The notes under the pieces: model-generated
The model's database searches: none
What the model was told of the DNA's origin: nothing
What the model saw: only the letters and a program-made list of their open reading frames with translations
Source of the DNA: an uncultured Pseudomonadaceae bacterium
Lineage (GTDB): Bacteria; Pseudomonadota; Gammaproteobacteria; Pseudomonadales; Pseudomonadaceae
Assembly: GCA_963974865.1 (NCBI GenBank)
Contig: CAXBEU010000014.1
Span: forward strand, 1,825-65,824
Direction: 5' to 3'
Length of the DNA: 64,000 nt
Translations under genes and position numbers: made by a program
Shown here: in pieces, positions 54,783 through 64,000 of the stretch
Layout of the letters: every line of letters begins with the position of its first letter
How positions within the stretch are numbered: position 1 is the first letter of the stretch

Positions 54783-54793
54783 CAGCAGGTCAG

Positions 54794-54824
54794 ACCCGGG
54801 CACTCAGTGCCCGGGTTTTCTTTC
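54794..54824 (+). terminator. Intra-operon hairpin after fapC
   Basis: acccgggcac-tca-gtgcccgggt (perfect 10-bp stem) followed by tttctttc. Confidence 0.75.
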
Positions 54825-54869
54825 TCTTGTGCAGTGATGGATAAAGACACCCGCAGTCCAGGAGGCGTA

Positions 54870-55571
54870 ATGAAAGGGATCGGAGCAGTTGTGGCGCTGG
54901 TGGTTTTGATGGGCGCGCCGCTGGTATCTGCCCAGGTGCAAACCGCGCCCAAGCCCTTTGCTGCATTGCCCGGTGGTGCACTGGTGTACAAATCGGTTAC
55001 CAGCATGCGCGAGCGGCGCTTTATCAACCTAGTAGAGCAGGAAACCGACTTCAGTTGCGGAGCGGCGGCACTGGCCACCTTGCTGAATCAGGCTTACGGC
55101 TGGCAGTTCACCGAAGCCGACGTCATTCACGGGATGCTCGCTGAGGCGGATCCTGAGCTGGTGCGCGACCAGGGGTTTTCGATGCTCGACATGAAACGCT
55201 ACGCCCAGACCATAGGTTTGCGCGCACGTGGTTATCGGATCGAACCGGAGCACCTGGAACAGGTGAAAATCCCCGCGATCGTGCTAATCGACGTCCGTGG
55301 TTACAAGCATTTTGTCGTGATGCAGACCAGCAGCGACGGCTGGGTTTATATCGGTGACCCGGTCCTGGGCCACAAGAAATTGAGCCTTGAAGAGTTTTCC
55401 AAAGGTTGGAACGGCATCGTCTTTGCGGTTATTGGCCCCGGCTATGACCGGGACAATGCCTTGCTGACACCGCCGGAACCCTTGACAGCTAAACAGAGAA
55501 TGGACCGGTTCCGGCCGGTGCCCGACGCAGAGCTATTGGATTTCGGTTTTATTCAGAGCGACTTTTTTTAG
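54870..55571 (+). CDS. fapD: C39 peptidase-like FapD
   Basis: ATG 54870 after a ggagg SD; QETDFSCGAAALAT, KHFVV, IGDPVLG (Cys-His-Asp). Confidence 0.92.
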   Translation: MKGIGAVVALVVLMGAPLVSAQVQTAPKPFAALPGGALVYKSVTSMRERRFINLVEQETDFSCGAAALATLLNQAYGWQFTEADVIHGMLAEADPELVRDQGFSMLDMKRYAQTIGLRARGYRIEPEHLEQVKIPAIVLIDVRGYKHFVVMQTSSDGWVYIGDPVLGHKKLSLEEFSKGWNGIVFAVIGPGYDRDNALLTPPEPLTAKQRMDRFRPVPDAELLDFGFIQSDFF

Positions 55572-55616
55572 CGCGCTGCGTGTCGCGCTAGGGGCCAGAA
55601 GCCCCAGGAGCAACAG

Positions 55617-56345
55617 ATGAACAAGCGATATTGGTGGGTGGCGGGTGTGCTATGTCTCAGCCTGCCGGTCCAGAGTGCCAGTCTATTCAATCCGGCAGAA
55701 GTGAGCGACAGCGAGCTCTCCGAATTGCGCGGGCGCTATGTACTGCCTGATCGGATTATCCATTTCGGCGTGACCATGAGCACCTTCTGGCAGAACAGCG
55801 CCGGGCAGGGTATTGGGGCGCTGGTCTCTCTACGGGTTGATGGGAGCGCTCAACCGAATCTCTCGGTGAGCTATATCGATCAGTCGGGTAATGGCCTGCA
55901 AGCCCTGCCGGGCACCGGTCAGGTCCTGGGAGGCAACGGGTTGACCCAGGTCCAGGGAGTAAGCCAGAGCGTGCGCAGTGCTGGCGATCTGAATGATGCA
56001 TTGAATGATCTGAGCATCACGGTCAGCAGAGGTGGCGATACCCCAGCAGTGCAGGGCGGGCAATCCTGGAACGGAGCCAGCCAGTTTTCCAACGCGGCTG
56101 GCAGCATTCAGGTGAGCAGCCACGCGGGCGGGCTCCAGGTGGCCTTGCAAGCTGCCGGGCAAGGTCAGGCCTTGCAGCAGATTGGCGCTGGCAGTGTGCT
56201 GCAGCAAGCCAACATCAACAGCAGTTTGAACAGCGTGCGCAACCTTGCTGCATTGAACGTAGCCCTGCGCGATCGGCCGTTGAATGTCGAGCTGAACAAC
56301 TGCACCTGGGAGCAGCTGCGTGCATTGAGGCCCATAGGCTATTGA
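55617..56345 (+). CDS. fapE: Fap accessory protein FapE
   Basis: Signal peptide, [14 protein letters not shown]...IIHFGVTM pattern, position between fapD and fapF. Confidence 0.85.
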   Translation: MNKRYWWVAGVLCLSLPVQSASLFNPAEVSDSELSELRGRYVLPDRIIHFGVTMSTFWQNSAGQGIGALVSLRVDGSAQPNLSVSYIDQSGNGLQALPGTGQVLGGNGLTQVQGVSQSVRSAGDLNDALNDLSITVSRGGDTPAVQGGQSWNGASQFSNAAGSIQVSSHAGGLQVALQAAGQGQALQQIGAGSVLQQANINSSLNSVRNLAALNVALRDRPLNVELNNCTWEQLRALRPIGY

Positions 56346-56382
56346 CCGATTTGCTCTGTTTAACACAACAAGGAAGCCATTC

Positions 56383-57627
56383 ATGTATAAGCCCGGACGT
56401 TATTGGATATGGGGATTGATCGGTATCAGCTCGATGGCCTTGGCACAGCCGGAAGAGCCTGACCTTCGCCGCCAGTTGGCGGAATTACAGCAGCGTTATG
56501 AGGCCCAGCAGAACGCATTGATGATTCTGGAACAGCGCATTCGCGAGGTAGAAGGCCGCAGGGCCGAGGTCGTCGCCCAGGTCAATCAGCGCGGGGTGCA
56601 GGTGGCCGAAGGCCCACGTGCCGCGAGTGCGGGATCAGGTTACGGGGAGTCGTTGAAAGACAACTCCGAGCCGGCGCCCAGCGTAGAAGCGCTGTACCAG
56701 GAAGCCAGCGGCTTTTTTGGTGGCGGCACTTTCAGTCTTGAGCCTGGCATCACCTATAGCCATTACGACACTCGGCAACTCTTCCTGAACGGGTTTTTGG
56801 CGCTGGATGCCATTTTCCTCGGTAATTTGGGAATTGACGAGATCAACGCCGACACCTTTACCTTCGACCTGACGGGCCGTTATAACTGGCGCCAGCGCTG
56901 GCAGTTTGATACCAACGTGCCGCTGGTTTACCGGCAGACCACCTACCAGTCCGCCGGTGCAGGCGGCTCCAGTGCCCAGTTCAGCGAGGAGAAGGTCACT
57001 GGCGATCCGCGGCTGGGGGATATCAGCGCGGGTATCTCCTACAAGTTCCTGGACGAATCACCGGGCATGCCGGATGCGGTCGCCAGCCTGCGGATCAAGA
57101 TGCCCACCGGGGACGACCCTTACGGCATCAAGTTGAACTCGGTACCCGGCAATGACAATCTCAGCGTGCCGGACGACCTGCCTACGGGTAATGGTGTGTG
57201 GTCAGTGACGCCGGGCATCTCGCTGGTCAAGACAATTGATCCGGCGGTGCTGTTCGGTAACCTGTCCTATACCTACCATCTGGAGGGCGACTTCTCGGAT
57301 ATCAGCCCACAGATCGGCGTCAAGGTGCCGGGCAAGGTGCAGCTGGGCAATTACTTCCAGTTTGGCCTGGGCATGGCTTTTGCGCTCAACGAGCGGATGA
57401 GCATGTCGATGTCGTTCTCTGAGCTGATCAGCCGCTCAAGTCGTATCAAGCCGGATGGCAGCCCCTGGCAGACAGTCAACGGCAGTGATACCAATTCCGC
57501 TTACTTCAACCTGGGCATGACCTTTGCCGCGACGGATCGGCTGACCGTTGTTCCGAGCTTGTCCATCGGACTGACTCCGGATGCGCCGGATTTCACTTTC
57601 AGCCTGAAGTTTCCTTACTACTTTTAA
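56383..57627 (+). CDS. fapF: Outer-membrane amyloid secretion channel FapF
   Basis: Signal peptide, N-terminal coiled coil ([30 protein letters not shown]), beta-barrel with PTGDDPYG and terminal LKFPYYF. Confidence 0.92.
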   Translation: MYKPGRYWIWGLIGISSMALAQPEEPDLRRQLAELQQRYEAQQNALMILEQRIREVEGRRAEVVAQVNQRGVQVAEGPRAASAGSGYGESLKDNSEPAPSVEALYQEASGFFGGGTFSLEPGITYSHYDTRQLFLNGFLALDAIFLGNLGIDEINADTFTFDLTGRYNWRQRWQFDTNVPLVYRQTTYQSAGAGGSSAQFSEEKVTGDPRLGDISAGISYKFLDESPGMPDAVASLRIKMPTGDDPYGIKLNSVPGNDNLSVPDDLPTGNGVWSVTPGISLVKTIDPAVLFGNLSYTYHLEGDFSDISPQIGVKVPGKVQLGNYFQFGLGMAFALNERMSMSMSFSELISRSSRIKPDGSPWQTVNGSDTNSAYFNLGMTFAATDRLTVVPSLSIGLTPDAPDFTFSLKFPYYF

Positions 57628-57660
57628 TCGTCTCAACAACGTTTGGCTGCTGGGCCGCGA

Positions 57661-58992
57661 TCAAAGGATCTGATGGCGGTGCAGCAGGCGGTACAGGGTA
57701 GGGCGAGAGATACCCAGAGTCTCGGCCACCCGGCACATATTGTCAGGATGCAGTGCCAGCGAGTCCTGCAACGCCTGCTTTTCCGCGCGTAGTATGTAAT
57801 TCTCCAGTCTATCAATCATTCTCACGCTGTCACTCGCCGCCAGCCCCAGGTCTGCCGCTTCTATAGAGCGACCCTCGGCCAATACCATGCCCCGCCGCAC
57901 CCGGTTGGCCAATTCACGCACGTTGCCAGGCCACGCATGCTGGATCATTGCTCTGATGGCAGCATCGCTGAAGGGGCGAGATTTGCGTCCTACTTCGGCG
58001 GCATAGATATGCGCAAAATGTTGAGCAAGCAGCGCTATGTCTCCGGTGCGCTCACGTAACGGCGTCGCGTGTACTTCCAGCACATTCAGACGGTAGTAAA
58101 GGTCTTCGCGAAACTCACCCTCAACAATGGCTGCCTCCAGGTTGATATGGGTTGCCGCGATCACGCGAACGTCAACGCTGATTGGCTGGCTTCCGCCCAC
58201 GCGTTCTATCTGCATTTCCTGAAGAAAGCGCAGCATATTAGCTTGAAGCTCCAGGGGCAGATCCCCGATCTCGTCGAGGAACAGGGTGCCACCGTTGGCG
58301 GCTTCAATCCGGCCTATCTTGCGTTGATGAGCACCGGTGAATGCGCCTTTCTCATGGCCAAACATCTCCGACTGAATCAACTGGTCGGGAATAGCGCCGC
58401 AGTTCACTGCCACGAAAGGTTTGCTCGCGCGCCGGGACTTCCAGTGCAGTGCACGGGCTACCAACTCCTTGCCGGTGCCACTTTCACCCCGTACCAGCAC
58501 CGGTGAATCGGTACTGGCGAAGCGTTCAATCAGCTTGCGCAAGGCTTTGGCCTGGGTGCTGGCGCCAAGAAATTCGTGATCGTCCTTCAAGGCCGAGTGT
58601 TGATTGAGTTTGCGCAGGCGTGACATGCCGCAAGCACGGCCGAGGGCGGCTTGCATACGCTGAAAATCGAGGGGCAGGGTATAAAAATCGAAAAACCACT
58701 CACTGATAAACGCACGCATTGCAGGGAGGTCTTTCACCGCGGGATCGACGACAGCAATCCATTCTCCACCGCTCTGGCGGATAACCCGCTTCAACATCTC
58801 CTGTTGACGCACATGTTCGTCAAGCAAGTAAATCATGCCGACGTCGCATTCTTTTCCGGCAGCCAGGTTCAGGTGGGTATTTTCAACCTGCCAGCCGTTT
58901 TGAGTGAGGATGTTCAGCAAGCTGCTCCAATCGGCAGATGTTTCCACTACCAGGAGTCTTTTTGACAGCGAATTGGCGTTCCCGAGCATCAC
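57661..58992 (-). CDS. sigma54-dependent enhancer-binding protein with degenerate receiver (VpsR/BrfA-like)
   Basis: [12 protein letters not shown]-like [40 protein letters not shown], Fis-type [15 protein letters not shown]. Confidence 0.93.
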   Translation of the reverse strand: MMLGNANSLSKRLLVVETSADWSSLLNILTQNGWQVENTHLNLAAGKECDVGMIYLLDEHVRQQEMLKRVIRQSGGEWIAVVDPAVKDLPAMRAFISEWFFDFYTLPLDFQRMQAALGRACGMSRLRKLNQHSALKDDHEFLGASTQAKALRKLIERFASTDSPVLVRGESGTGKELVARALHWKSRRASKPFVAVNCGAIPDQLIQSEMFGHEKGAFTGAHQRKIGRIEAANGGTLFLDEIGDLPLELQANMLRFLQEMQIERVGGSQPISVDVRVIAATHINLEAAIVEGEFREDLYYRLNVLEVHATPLRERTGDIALLAQHFAHIYAAEVGRKSRPFSDAAIRAMIQHAWPGNVRELANRVRRGMVLAEGRSIEAADLGLAASDSVRMIDRLENYILRAEKQALQDSLALHPDNMCRVAETLGISRPTLYRLLHRHQIL

Positions 58993-59067
58993 AGCTCCTT
59001 CACGCTTCTAGACCTGTCCTTGTGCATCTCTATCCGTTTAGAAGGGGTAAAAGCGTGGCGTGATCAA

Positions 59068-59078
59068 AGCCTAGCACA
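59068..59078 (-). promoter_or_regulatory. Candidate sigmaS-type extended -10 for the bEBP gene
   Basis: Minus strand TGTGCTAGGCT (TG, C at -13, TAnnCT), about 75 nt upstream of the start. Confidence 0.45.
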
Positions 59079-59259
59079 AGCATACGATTTGCTTGCAATA
59101 TCCCGAAATATTTTGTTTGGCGCAAGCTGCGGCAATTATCTGGCGGGATGTAGAACCCGTTTGCTGCTGAATCCGCATTCCTGGGCTGCGTTTTCTGTTC
59201 GGGTTACAAAGCAACGGCAACAAGGCGATAATGCCGCATTGCTCAAAGGAGAAACCTCA

Positions 59260-60852
59260 ATGCCTGTTACGGATCCTCAAACGCTGCTGCTCGCCATCTC
59301 GCTGGTGTTGTTGCTGGGCTGGGCGCTGACCGCCTGGCTGGCGGTGCGGCGCAGTACTCGCCTGCAGCAGGATCTGGACTCGAGTCGTCAGCAATGTGAG
59401 GCTCAACGGCTTCAGGCTCAGCAACTGCAGCAGGAACTGCACCAGCAGCAGTCACGCCACGCGGGCGTGGAGGTACGCCTGGAGCACCAACAGGATAGCC
59501 TGGAAAATCTGCGTCAGCAGTTGGATCAGCGCAGCGCCGTGCTATCCCAACTTGAGCAGCAGAGTCATGACTGGCAGCTCAGGGCAGAGCGCGCACAGAC
59601 GCTGAGCCAGGAGCAGGCGCGGCAGATTGACGAGCTACGTCAGGAGCGGCAAGCCCTCAACGAGCGGCTGTCGAGTCTGCAAGGCACCCATGAACAGCTT
59701 GGGCTTGAGCACAGCACGCTGAAAAATACCCTGGAGCACCGCCAGCAGCACTTTACCGAACAGCAGCAGTTGCTCAAGGACAGCCGCGACCAGTTGAAGA
59801 TGGAGTTCGAGCAACTGGCAGGCAAGATCTTCGAGGCCAAGGGGCAGGCTTTCTCACAGCAGAGCCAGCAGTCGCTGGACAGCCTGCTCAAACCCTTCCG
59901 TGAACAGATCGACCAGTTCCGCGCCAAGGTCGAGGATATTCACCACAAGGACACCCAGCAGCAGGCCACACTGGCCAGTGAGCTGAATCATCTCAAGGAG
60001 CTGAATCGGCAGATCACTCAGGAGGCGCATGACCTGAGCACGGCGCTGCGCGGGCAGAAGAAAACCCAGGGCAACTGGGGCGAGCTGATTCTGGAGAATG
60101 TGTTGGAACGGTCGGGCTTGATTGCGGGCAAGGACTTCAAACGCGAAGTCAGCATGACCACGGCAGACGGCCAGCGCCAGCGCCCGGACGTGCTGGTCTA
60201 CCTGCCGCAGGAAAAGCACCTGATCATCGATGCCAAGGTGTCGCTGAATGCCTACACGCGCTATATCAACAGTGAAGATGACACCGAACGGCGGGTAGCG
60301 CTGGCCGAGCATGTTCAGGCTATCAGCCAGCGGATTCGCGAACTGTCAGATCGCAACTATTTCGAGTTGCCGGGGCTCAATGCACCGGAAATGGTCTTTA
60401 TGTTCATCCCTATCGAATCGGCCTTTGTTGAGGCCTTGAAAGCCGATGAAAGCCTGTTTCAGAAAGCCATTGAGCAGAATGTGCTGGTGGCCACGCCCAC
60501 CACGCTGTTGACCAGCCTGAATATCGTGCGACAGCTCTGGCGCTTCGAGGATCAGAACAAGCATACCGCTGAACTGGCCGAGCGCGCAGGCAAGGTCTAC
60601 GACAAGCTGCGCACCTTTCTGGGGAGCATGGACGGTATCGAGAAGAGCCTGGAAAAAGCCACAGACGCCTATCAGAAAGCGCGCGATCAACTGGTTAACG
60701 GGCGGGGTAACCTGGTCAAACAGATTACGGATTTCAAGGAGTTAGGCGTCTCTGTTAAGGCCGAGTTGAATGAAGACTGGACCGACCGCGCCGCATTGGA
60801 GCTCAATCATAATCGCAGTGACCAGGCCGGATTGACCGTCGACGAGCCGTGA
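59260..60852 (+). CDS. rmuC: DNA recombination protein RmuC
   Basis: ATG 59260 after a ggaga SD, TM anchor, long Gln-rich coiled coil, QGNWGELILE, RPDVLVYLP...IDAKVSL, FMFIPIE, TPTTLL. Confidence 0.93.
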   Translation: MPVTDPQTLLLAISLVLLLGWALTAWLAVRRSTRLQQDLDSSRQQCEAQRLQAQQLQQELHQQQSRHAGVEVRLEHQQDSLENLRQQLDQRSAVLSQLEQQSHDWQLRAERAQTLSQEQARQIDELRQERQALNERLSSLQGTHEQLGLEHSTLKNTLEHRQQHFTEQQQLLKDSRDQLKMEFEQLAGKIFEAKGQAFSQQSQQSLDSLLKPFREQIDQFRAKVEDIHHKDTQQQATLASELNHLKELNRQITQEAHDLSTALRGQKKTQGNWGELILENVLERSGLIAGKDFKREVSMTTADGQRQRPDVLVYLPQEKHLIIDAKVSLNAYTRYINSEDDTERRVALAEHVQAISQRIRELSDRNYFELPGLNAPEMVFMFIPIESAFVEALKADESLFQKAIEQNVLVATPTTLLTSLNIVRQLWRFEDQNKHTAELAERAGKVYDKLRTFLGSMDGIEKSLEKATDAYQKARDQLVNGRGNLVKQITDFKELGVSVKAELNEDWTDRAALELNHNRSDQAGLTVDEP

Positions 60853-60896
60853 GGCTGGCAGCTCGCGCGTTTGCCGCTGTGCTGACCTAGTTGATG

Positions 60897-60913
60897 CGCA
60901 CCATAAAGGTGCA
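60897..60913. promoter_or_regulatory. NtrC-binding site
   Basis: cGCACCAtaaaGGTGCA, near-consensus TGCACCA-N3-TGGTGCA, about 80 bp upstream of a sigma54 site. Confidence 0.75.
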
Positions 60914-60994
60914 TAAAGTACTTTGATCTGATCGAGCGCCTTAAAACAGGGCGCGCGATCGCGGTGCATCGCAGGAACGGCGCATCTGCCAAGC

Positions 60995-61010
60995 TGGCAC
61001 GTCCCTTGCT
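60995..61010 (+). promoter_or_regulatory. sigma54 promoter of urease operon
   Basis: TGGCACGTCCCTTGCT, consensus -24/-12. Confidence 0.88.
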
Positions 61011-61049
61011 CTGGATTTAACGGATATAAATCAAAGGATAGAGCAGAGA

Positions 61050-61907
61050 ATGACGGCCGCGTGGCATCTTGAACAACAGGATAGCGCCCTCAACTGGCAA
61101 GCCGGACTGAATCTGGGCATCGTTCGCCACGGCGAACGCTCGATGCTTGAACACGTCAGCCACCGAGGCCCGCTGCGTATTCAGCGGCCGCTGCTACCGG
61201 AAGGGGCGGCGTGCCCGCATCTGTACATCCTGCATCCCCCCGGCGGTATGGTCAGCGGAGATTCGCTGCGCCTGCAGGTCAGCGCCGGGGAGGGCAGTAG
61301 CGTACTGCTGACCACGCCTTCATCCGGCAAATTCTACCGCGCCCGGGATAACGGCACTCTTCAGGTTCAACACAACCGCTTCAGCGTCGCCGCTGGCGCC
61401 AGTCTGGAATACCTGCCCCAAGACACCATCGCCTTTGAAGGTTGCAATGCACGGATGATCACCCGTATCGATCTTGACGCAGACGCCAGATTTTGTGCCT
61501 GGGACCTGCTCTGCCTCGGCCGCCCTGCGGCCGGTGAAGGCTTCGAGCGCGGTCGGGTCGATCAACATCTGGATGTGTGGCGCGACAGCCGGCCAATCTA
61601 CATCGAGCGCAACCGTTTTGAGGGCGGCGATGCCTTGCTTGCTGAACGCTGGGGCTTGGGTGGCGCTGGGGTGAGCGGCACCTGGCTGGCCACGCTGACC
61701 CTGAGCCGCGACCAGTTGGACCAGTTGCGCGACGATTTCGTCGACTACCCCCAACTTGCCTTTACCCAGCGCCACGGTTTATTGATCGCGCGTTATCTGG
61801 GGCAGCACGCCGAGCACGCGCGGAACAGTTTTATTCGGCTGTGGCAGCAATTGCGGCCATTGATCAATGGCCGGGCGACCTGCCTGCCACGCATATGGAC
61901 TACCTGA
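61050..61907 (+). CDS. ureD: Urease accessory protein UreD
   Basis: [37 protein letters not shown], terminal LPRIWTT; precedes ureA. Confidence 0.93.
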   Translation: MTAAWHLEQQDSALNWQAGLNLGIVRHGERSMLEHVSHRGPLRIQRPLLPEGAACPHLYILHPPGGMVSGDSLRLQVSAGEGSSVLLTTPSSGKFYRARDNGTLQVQHNRFSVAAGASLEYLPQDTIAFEGCNARMITRIDLDADARFCAWDLLCLGRPAAGEGFERGRVDQHLDVWRDSRPIYIERNRFEGGDALLAERWGLGGAGVSGTWLATLTLSRDQLDQLRDDFVDYPQLAFTQRHGLLIARYLGQHAEHARNSFIRLWQQLRPLINGRATCLPRIWTT

Positions 61908-61920
61908 AAGGAGTGAATTC

Positions 61921-62223
61921 ATGGAGCTGACACCCCGTGAGAAAGACAAACTGCTGCTCTTTACCGCGGCATTGGTAGCCGAACGCCGCCTGGCGCGCGG
62001 GGTTATCCTCAATTACCCGGAAGCGGTGGCCTACATCAGTGCCGCGATCATGGAGGGCGCGCGGGACGGCCGTAGTGTGGCCGAGATGATGAGCTACGGG
62101 CGCACCTTGTTGACCCGTGAACAGGTGATGCCCGGCGTGCCGGAAATGGTCGCTGAGGTGCAAGTGGAAGCGACCTTTCCGGACGGTACCAAGCTGGTCA
62201 CCGTTCACAACCCCATTCCCTGA
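61921..62223 (+). CDS. ureA: Urease subunit gamma
   Basis: [12 protein letters not shown]...LNYPEA...[17 protein letters not shown]. Confidence 0.98.
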   Translation: MELTPREKDKLLLFTAALVAERRLARGVILNYPEAVAYISAAIMEGARDGRSVAEMMSYGRTLLTREQVMPGVPEMVAEVQVEATFPDGTKLVTVHNPIP

Positions 62224-62235
62224 TAGGAGCTACCC

Positions 62236-62541
62236 ATGATTCCCGGTGAAATTCAGACCCGTCCCGGTAATTTGACGCTCAACGAGGGCCGCGAAACGCT
62301 GACCCTGAGCGTCGCCAATAGCGGCGACCGGCCTATCCAGGTGGGTTCGCACTATCACTTTGCCGAGACCAATTCAGCGTTGCAGTTCGACCGCGAGGCT
62401 GCACATGGCTTTCGCCTGAATATTGCCGCCGGCACCGCCGTGCGCTTCGAGCCCGGCCAAAGCCGGGAGATCGAACTGGTGGCGCTGGCCGGTGAGCGCA
62501 AGGTGTATGGTTTTCGTGGGCTGGTGATGGGCAGCCTTTGA
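62236..62541 (+). CDS. ureB: Urease subunit beta
   Basis: MIPGE...[19 protein letters not shown]...GTAVRFEPG. Confidence 0.98.
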   Translation: MIPGEIQTRPGNLTLNEGRETLTLSVANSGDRPIQVGSHYHFAETNSALQFDREAAHGFRLNIAAGTAVRFEPGQSREIELVALAGERKVYGFRGLVMGSL

Positions 62542-62581
62542 GCTGCGAACCGAGCTGTCAATTGTGAACAAGGAGCCCTAG

Positions 62582-64000
62582 ATGGATATCAGCAGAGCAG
62601 CCTATGCCGAAATGTATGGCCCGACCACCGGCGATCGGGTACGCCTGGGTGATACCGAGCTGTGGATCAGTGTCGAAAAAGACCTGACGCGTTACGGCGA
62701 GGAGGTCAAATTCGGCGGTGGCAAGGTCATCCGCGACGGCATGGGCCAGAGCCAGCGTGTGCGTGCGGAAACGCCCGATACCCTGATCACCAATGCGTTG
62801 ATCCTCGACTGGTGGGGCGTGATCAAGGCCGACGTGGCAATCAAGGATGGCATGATCGCGGCCATCGGCAAGGCCGGGAATCCGGATATTCAGCCGGGGG
62901 TCGATATCATCATCGGCCCGGGCACCGAGGTGATTGCCGGGGAGGGCATGATACTCACCGCTGGCGGCATTGACGCGCATATCCACTTTATCTGCCCGCA
63001 ACAGATCGAAGAGGCGCTGACTTCGGGTGTGACCACCATGTTGGGTGGCGGCACCGGCCCAGCCACCGGCACCAACGCCACCACCTGTACACCGGGCGCC
63101 TGGCATATAGCCAGAATGCTGCAATCAGCTGAATCTTTTCCGATGAACCTGGGCTTTCTCGGCAAAGGCAACGCGAGTCTGCCCGATGCGCTGGAAGAAC
63201 AGCTCGAGGCCGGTGCAATGGGCCTCAAACTGCATGAGGATTGGGGCACAACTCCAGCCGCTATCGACTGCTGCCTGAGTGTCGCCGAAGCCTACGACGT
63301 TCAGGTCGCCATCCACACCGACACGCTCAACGAGTCCGGCTTTGTCGAGGATACCCTGGCCGCGATCAAGGGCCGGGTGATTCATACCTACCATACCGAA
63401 GGTGCTGGTGGCGGCCACGCGCCGGATATCATCAAGGCCTGCGGCGAGCCCAACGTGCTGCCATCGTCAACCAATCCCACTCGGCCCTACACCATCAACA
63501 CGGTGGACGAGCACCTGGATATGCTGATGGTCTGCCACCACCTGGACCCGGCGATTGCCGAGGATGTGGCCTTTGCCGATTCACGCATCCGCCGCGAGAC
63601 CATTGCCGCTGAAGACATCCTGCATGACCTGGGCGCCTTCAGCATGATCTCTTCCGACTCGCAGGCCATGGGCCGGGTCGGCGAAGTGGTCACGCGTACC
63701 TGGCAGACCGCGCACAAGATGAAAGTGCAGCGCGGCCCCCTGCCGGAGGATGACGACTGGTCGGATAACTTCCGTGCCAAGCGTTACATCGCCAAGTACA
63801 CCATCAATCCAGCGATCACCATGGGCATTTCCCATGTGGTGGGCTCGGTAGAGGTGGGCAAGCTGGCTGATCTGGTGCTGTGGAAACCAGCGTTCTTTGC
63901 GACCAAGCCGAGCCTCATTCTCAAGGGTGGCTCCATTGCGGCAGCGCCCATGGGCGATCCCAACGCGTCCATCCCCACGCCCCAGCCAGTGCATTACCGG
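62582..64000 (+). CDS. ureC: Urease subunit alpha, 3' truncated by window
   Basis: ATG 62582 [18 protein letters not shown]; [50 protein letters not shown]. Missing from the ORF track because there is no stop in the window. Confidence 0.97.
   Translation, partial: MDISRAAYAEMYGPTTGDRVRLGDTELWISVEKDLTRYGEEVKFGGGKVIRDGMGQSQRVRAETPDTLITNALILDWWGVIKADVAIKDGMIAAIGKAGNPDIQPGVDIIIGPGTEVIAGEGMILTAGGIDAHIHFICPQQIEEALTSGVTTMLGGGTGPATGTNATTCTPGAWHIARMLQSAESFPMNLGFLGKGNASLPDALEEQLEAGAMGLKLHEDWGTTPAAIDCCLSVAEAYDVQVAIHTDTLNESGFVEDTLAAIKGRVIHTYHTEGAGGGHAPDIIKACGEPNVLPSSTNPTRPYTINTVDEHLDMLMVCHHLDPAIAEDVAFADSRIRRETIAAEDILHDLGAFSMISSDSQAMGRVGEVVTRTWQTAHKMKVQRGPLPEDDDWSDNFRAKRYIAKYTINPAITMGISHVVGSVEVGKLADLVLWKPAFFATKPSLILKGGSIAAAPMGDPNASIPTPQPVHYR

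Noticed and set aside
59056-59071. GG-N10-GC (TGGCGTGATCAAAGCC) pointing at rmuC
   Set aside because: Poor flanking match (no TTGC), and it overlaps a better sigmaS-like element on the other strand.
59020-59259. N-terminal extension of rmuC
   Set aside because: The SD and TM anchor indicate ATG 59260.

Overview
This is a GC-rich chromosomal segment from a member of the Pseudomonadaceae. The gene order follows the P. aeruginosa nqr-sth-lol-lpxK-rne-fab-tmk-tatD region, but the sequence is divergent, so a Halopseudomonas-like lineage is inferred rather than proven. It is mostly core genome: nqrA(partial)BCDEF-apbE-nqrM-sthA, a lol locus with only one membrane subunit, comEC-exbBD-lpxK-kdsB-murB, rne/rluC, rpmF-plsX-fabDG-acpP-fabF-pabC-mltG-tmk-holB-pilZ-tatD, and a likely RgsA sRNA. 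The right third is more accessory: a PotABCD-like ABC importer, an uncharacterised TetR/amidohydrolase/radical-SAM/lipoprotein block, split class II RNR (nrdJab) with tandem NrdR boxes, an EthA/AlmA-type monooxygenase-SDR-esterase cluster with paired TetR operators, a complete fapABCDEF functional-amyloid operon with a convergent sigma54 activator, rmuC, and an NtrC/sigma54-type ureDABC (ureC truncated by the window end). I saw no CRISPR array, tRNA/rRNA, transposase, integrase or prophage. The most notable signals are a multi-layer regulatory cascade for Fap amyloid readable from the DNA, a probable LolF-like single-subunit Lol transporter, and the unknown-function radical SAM block. Motif calls were made by eye, and comparisons with characterised systems are from memory and need checking.
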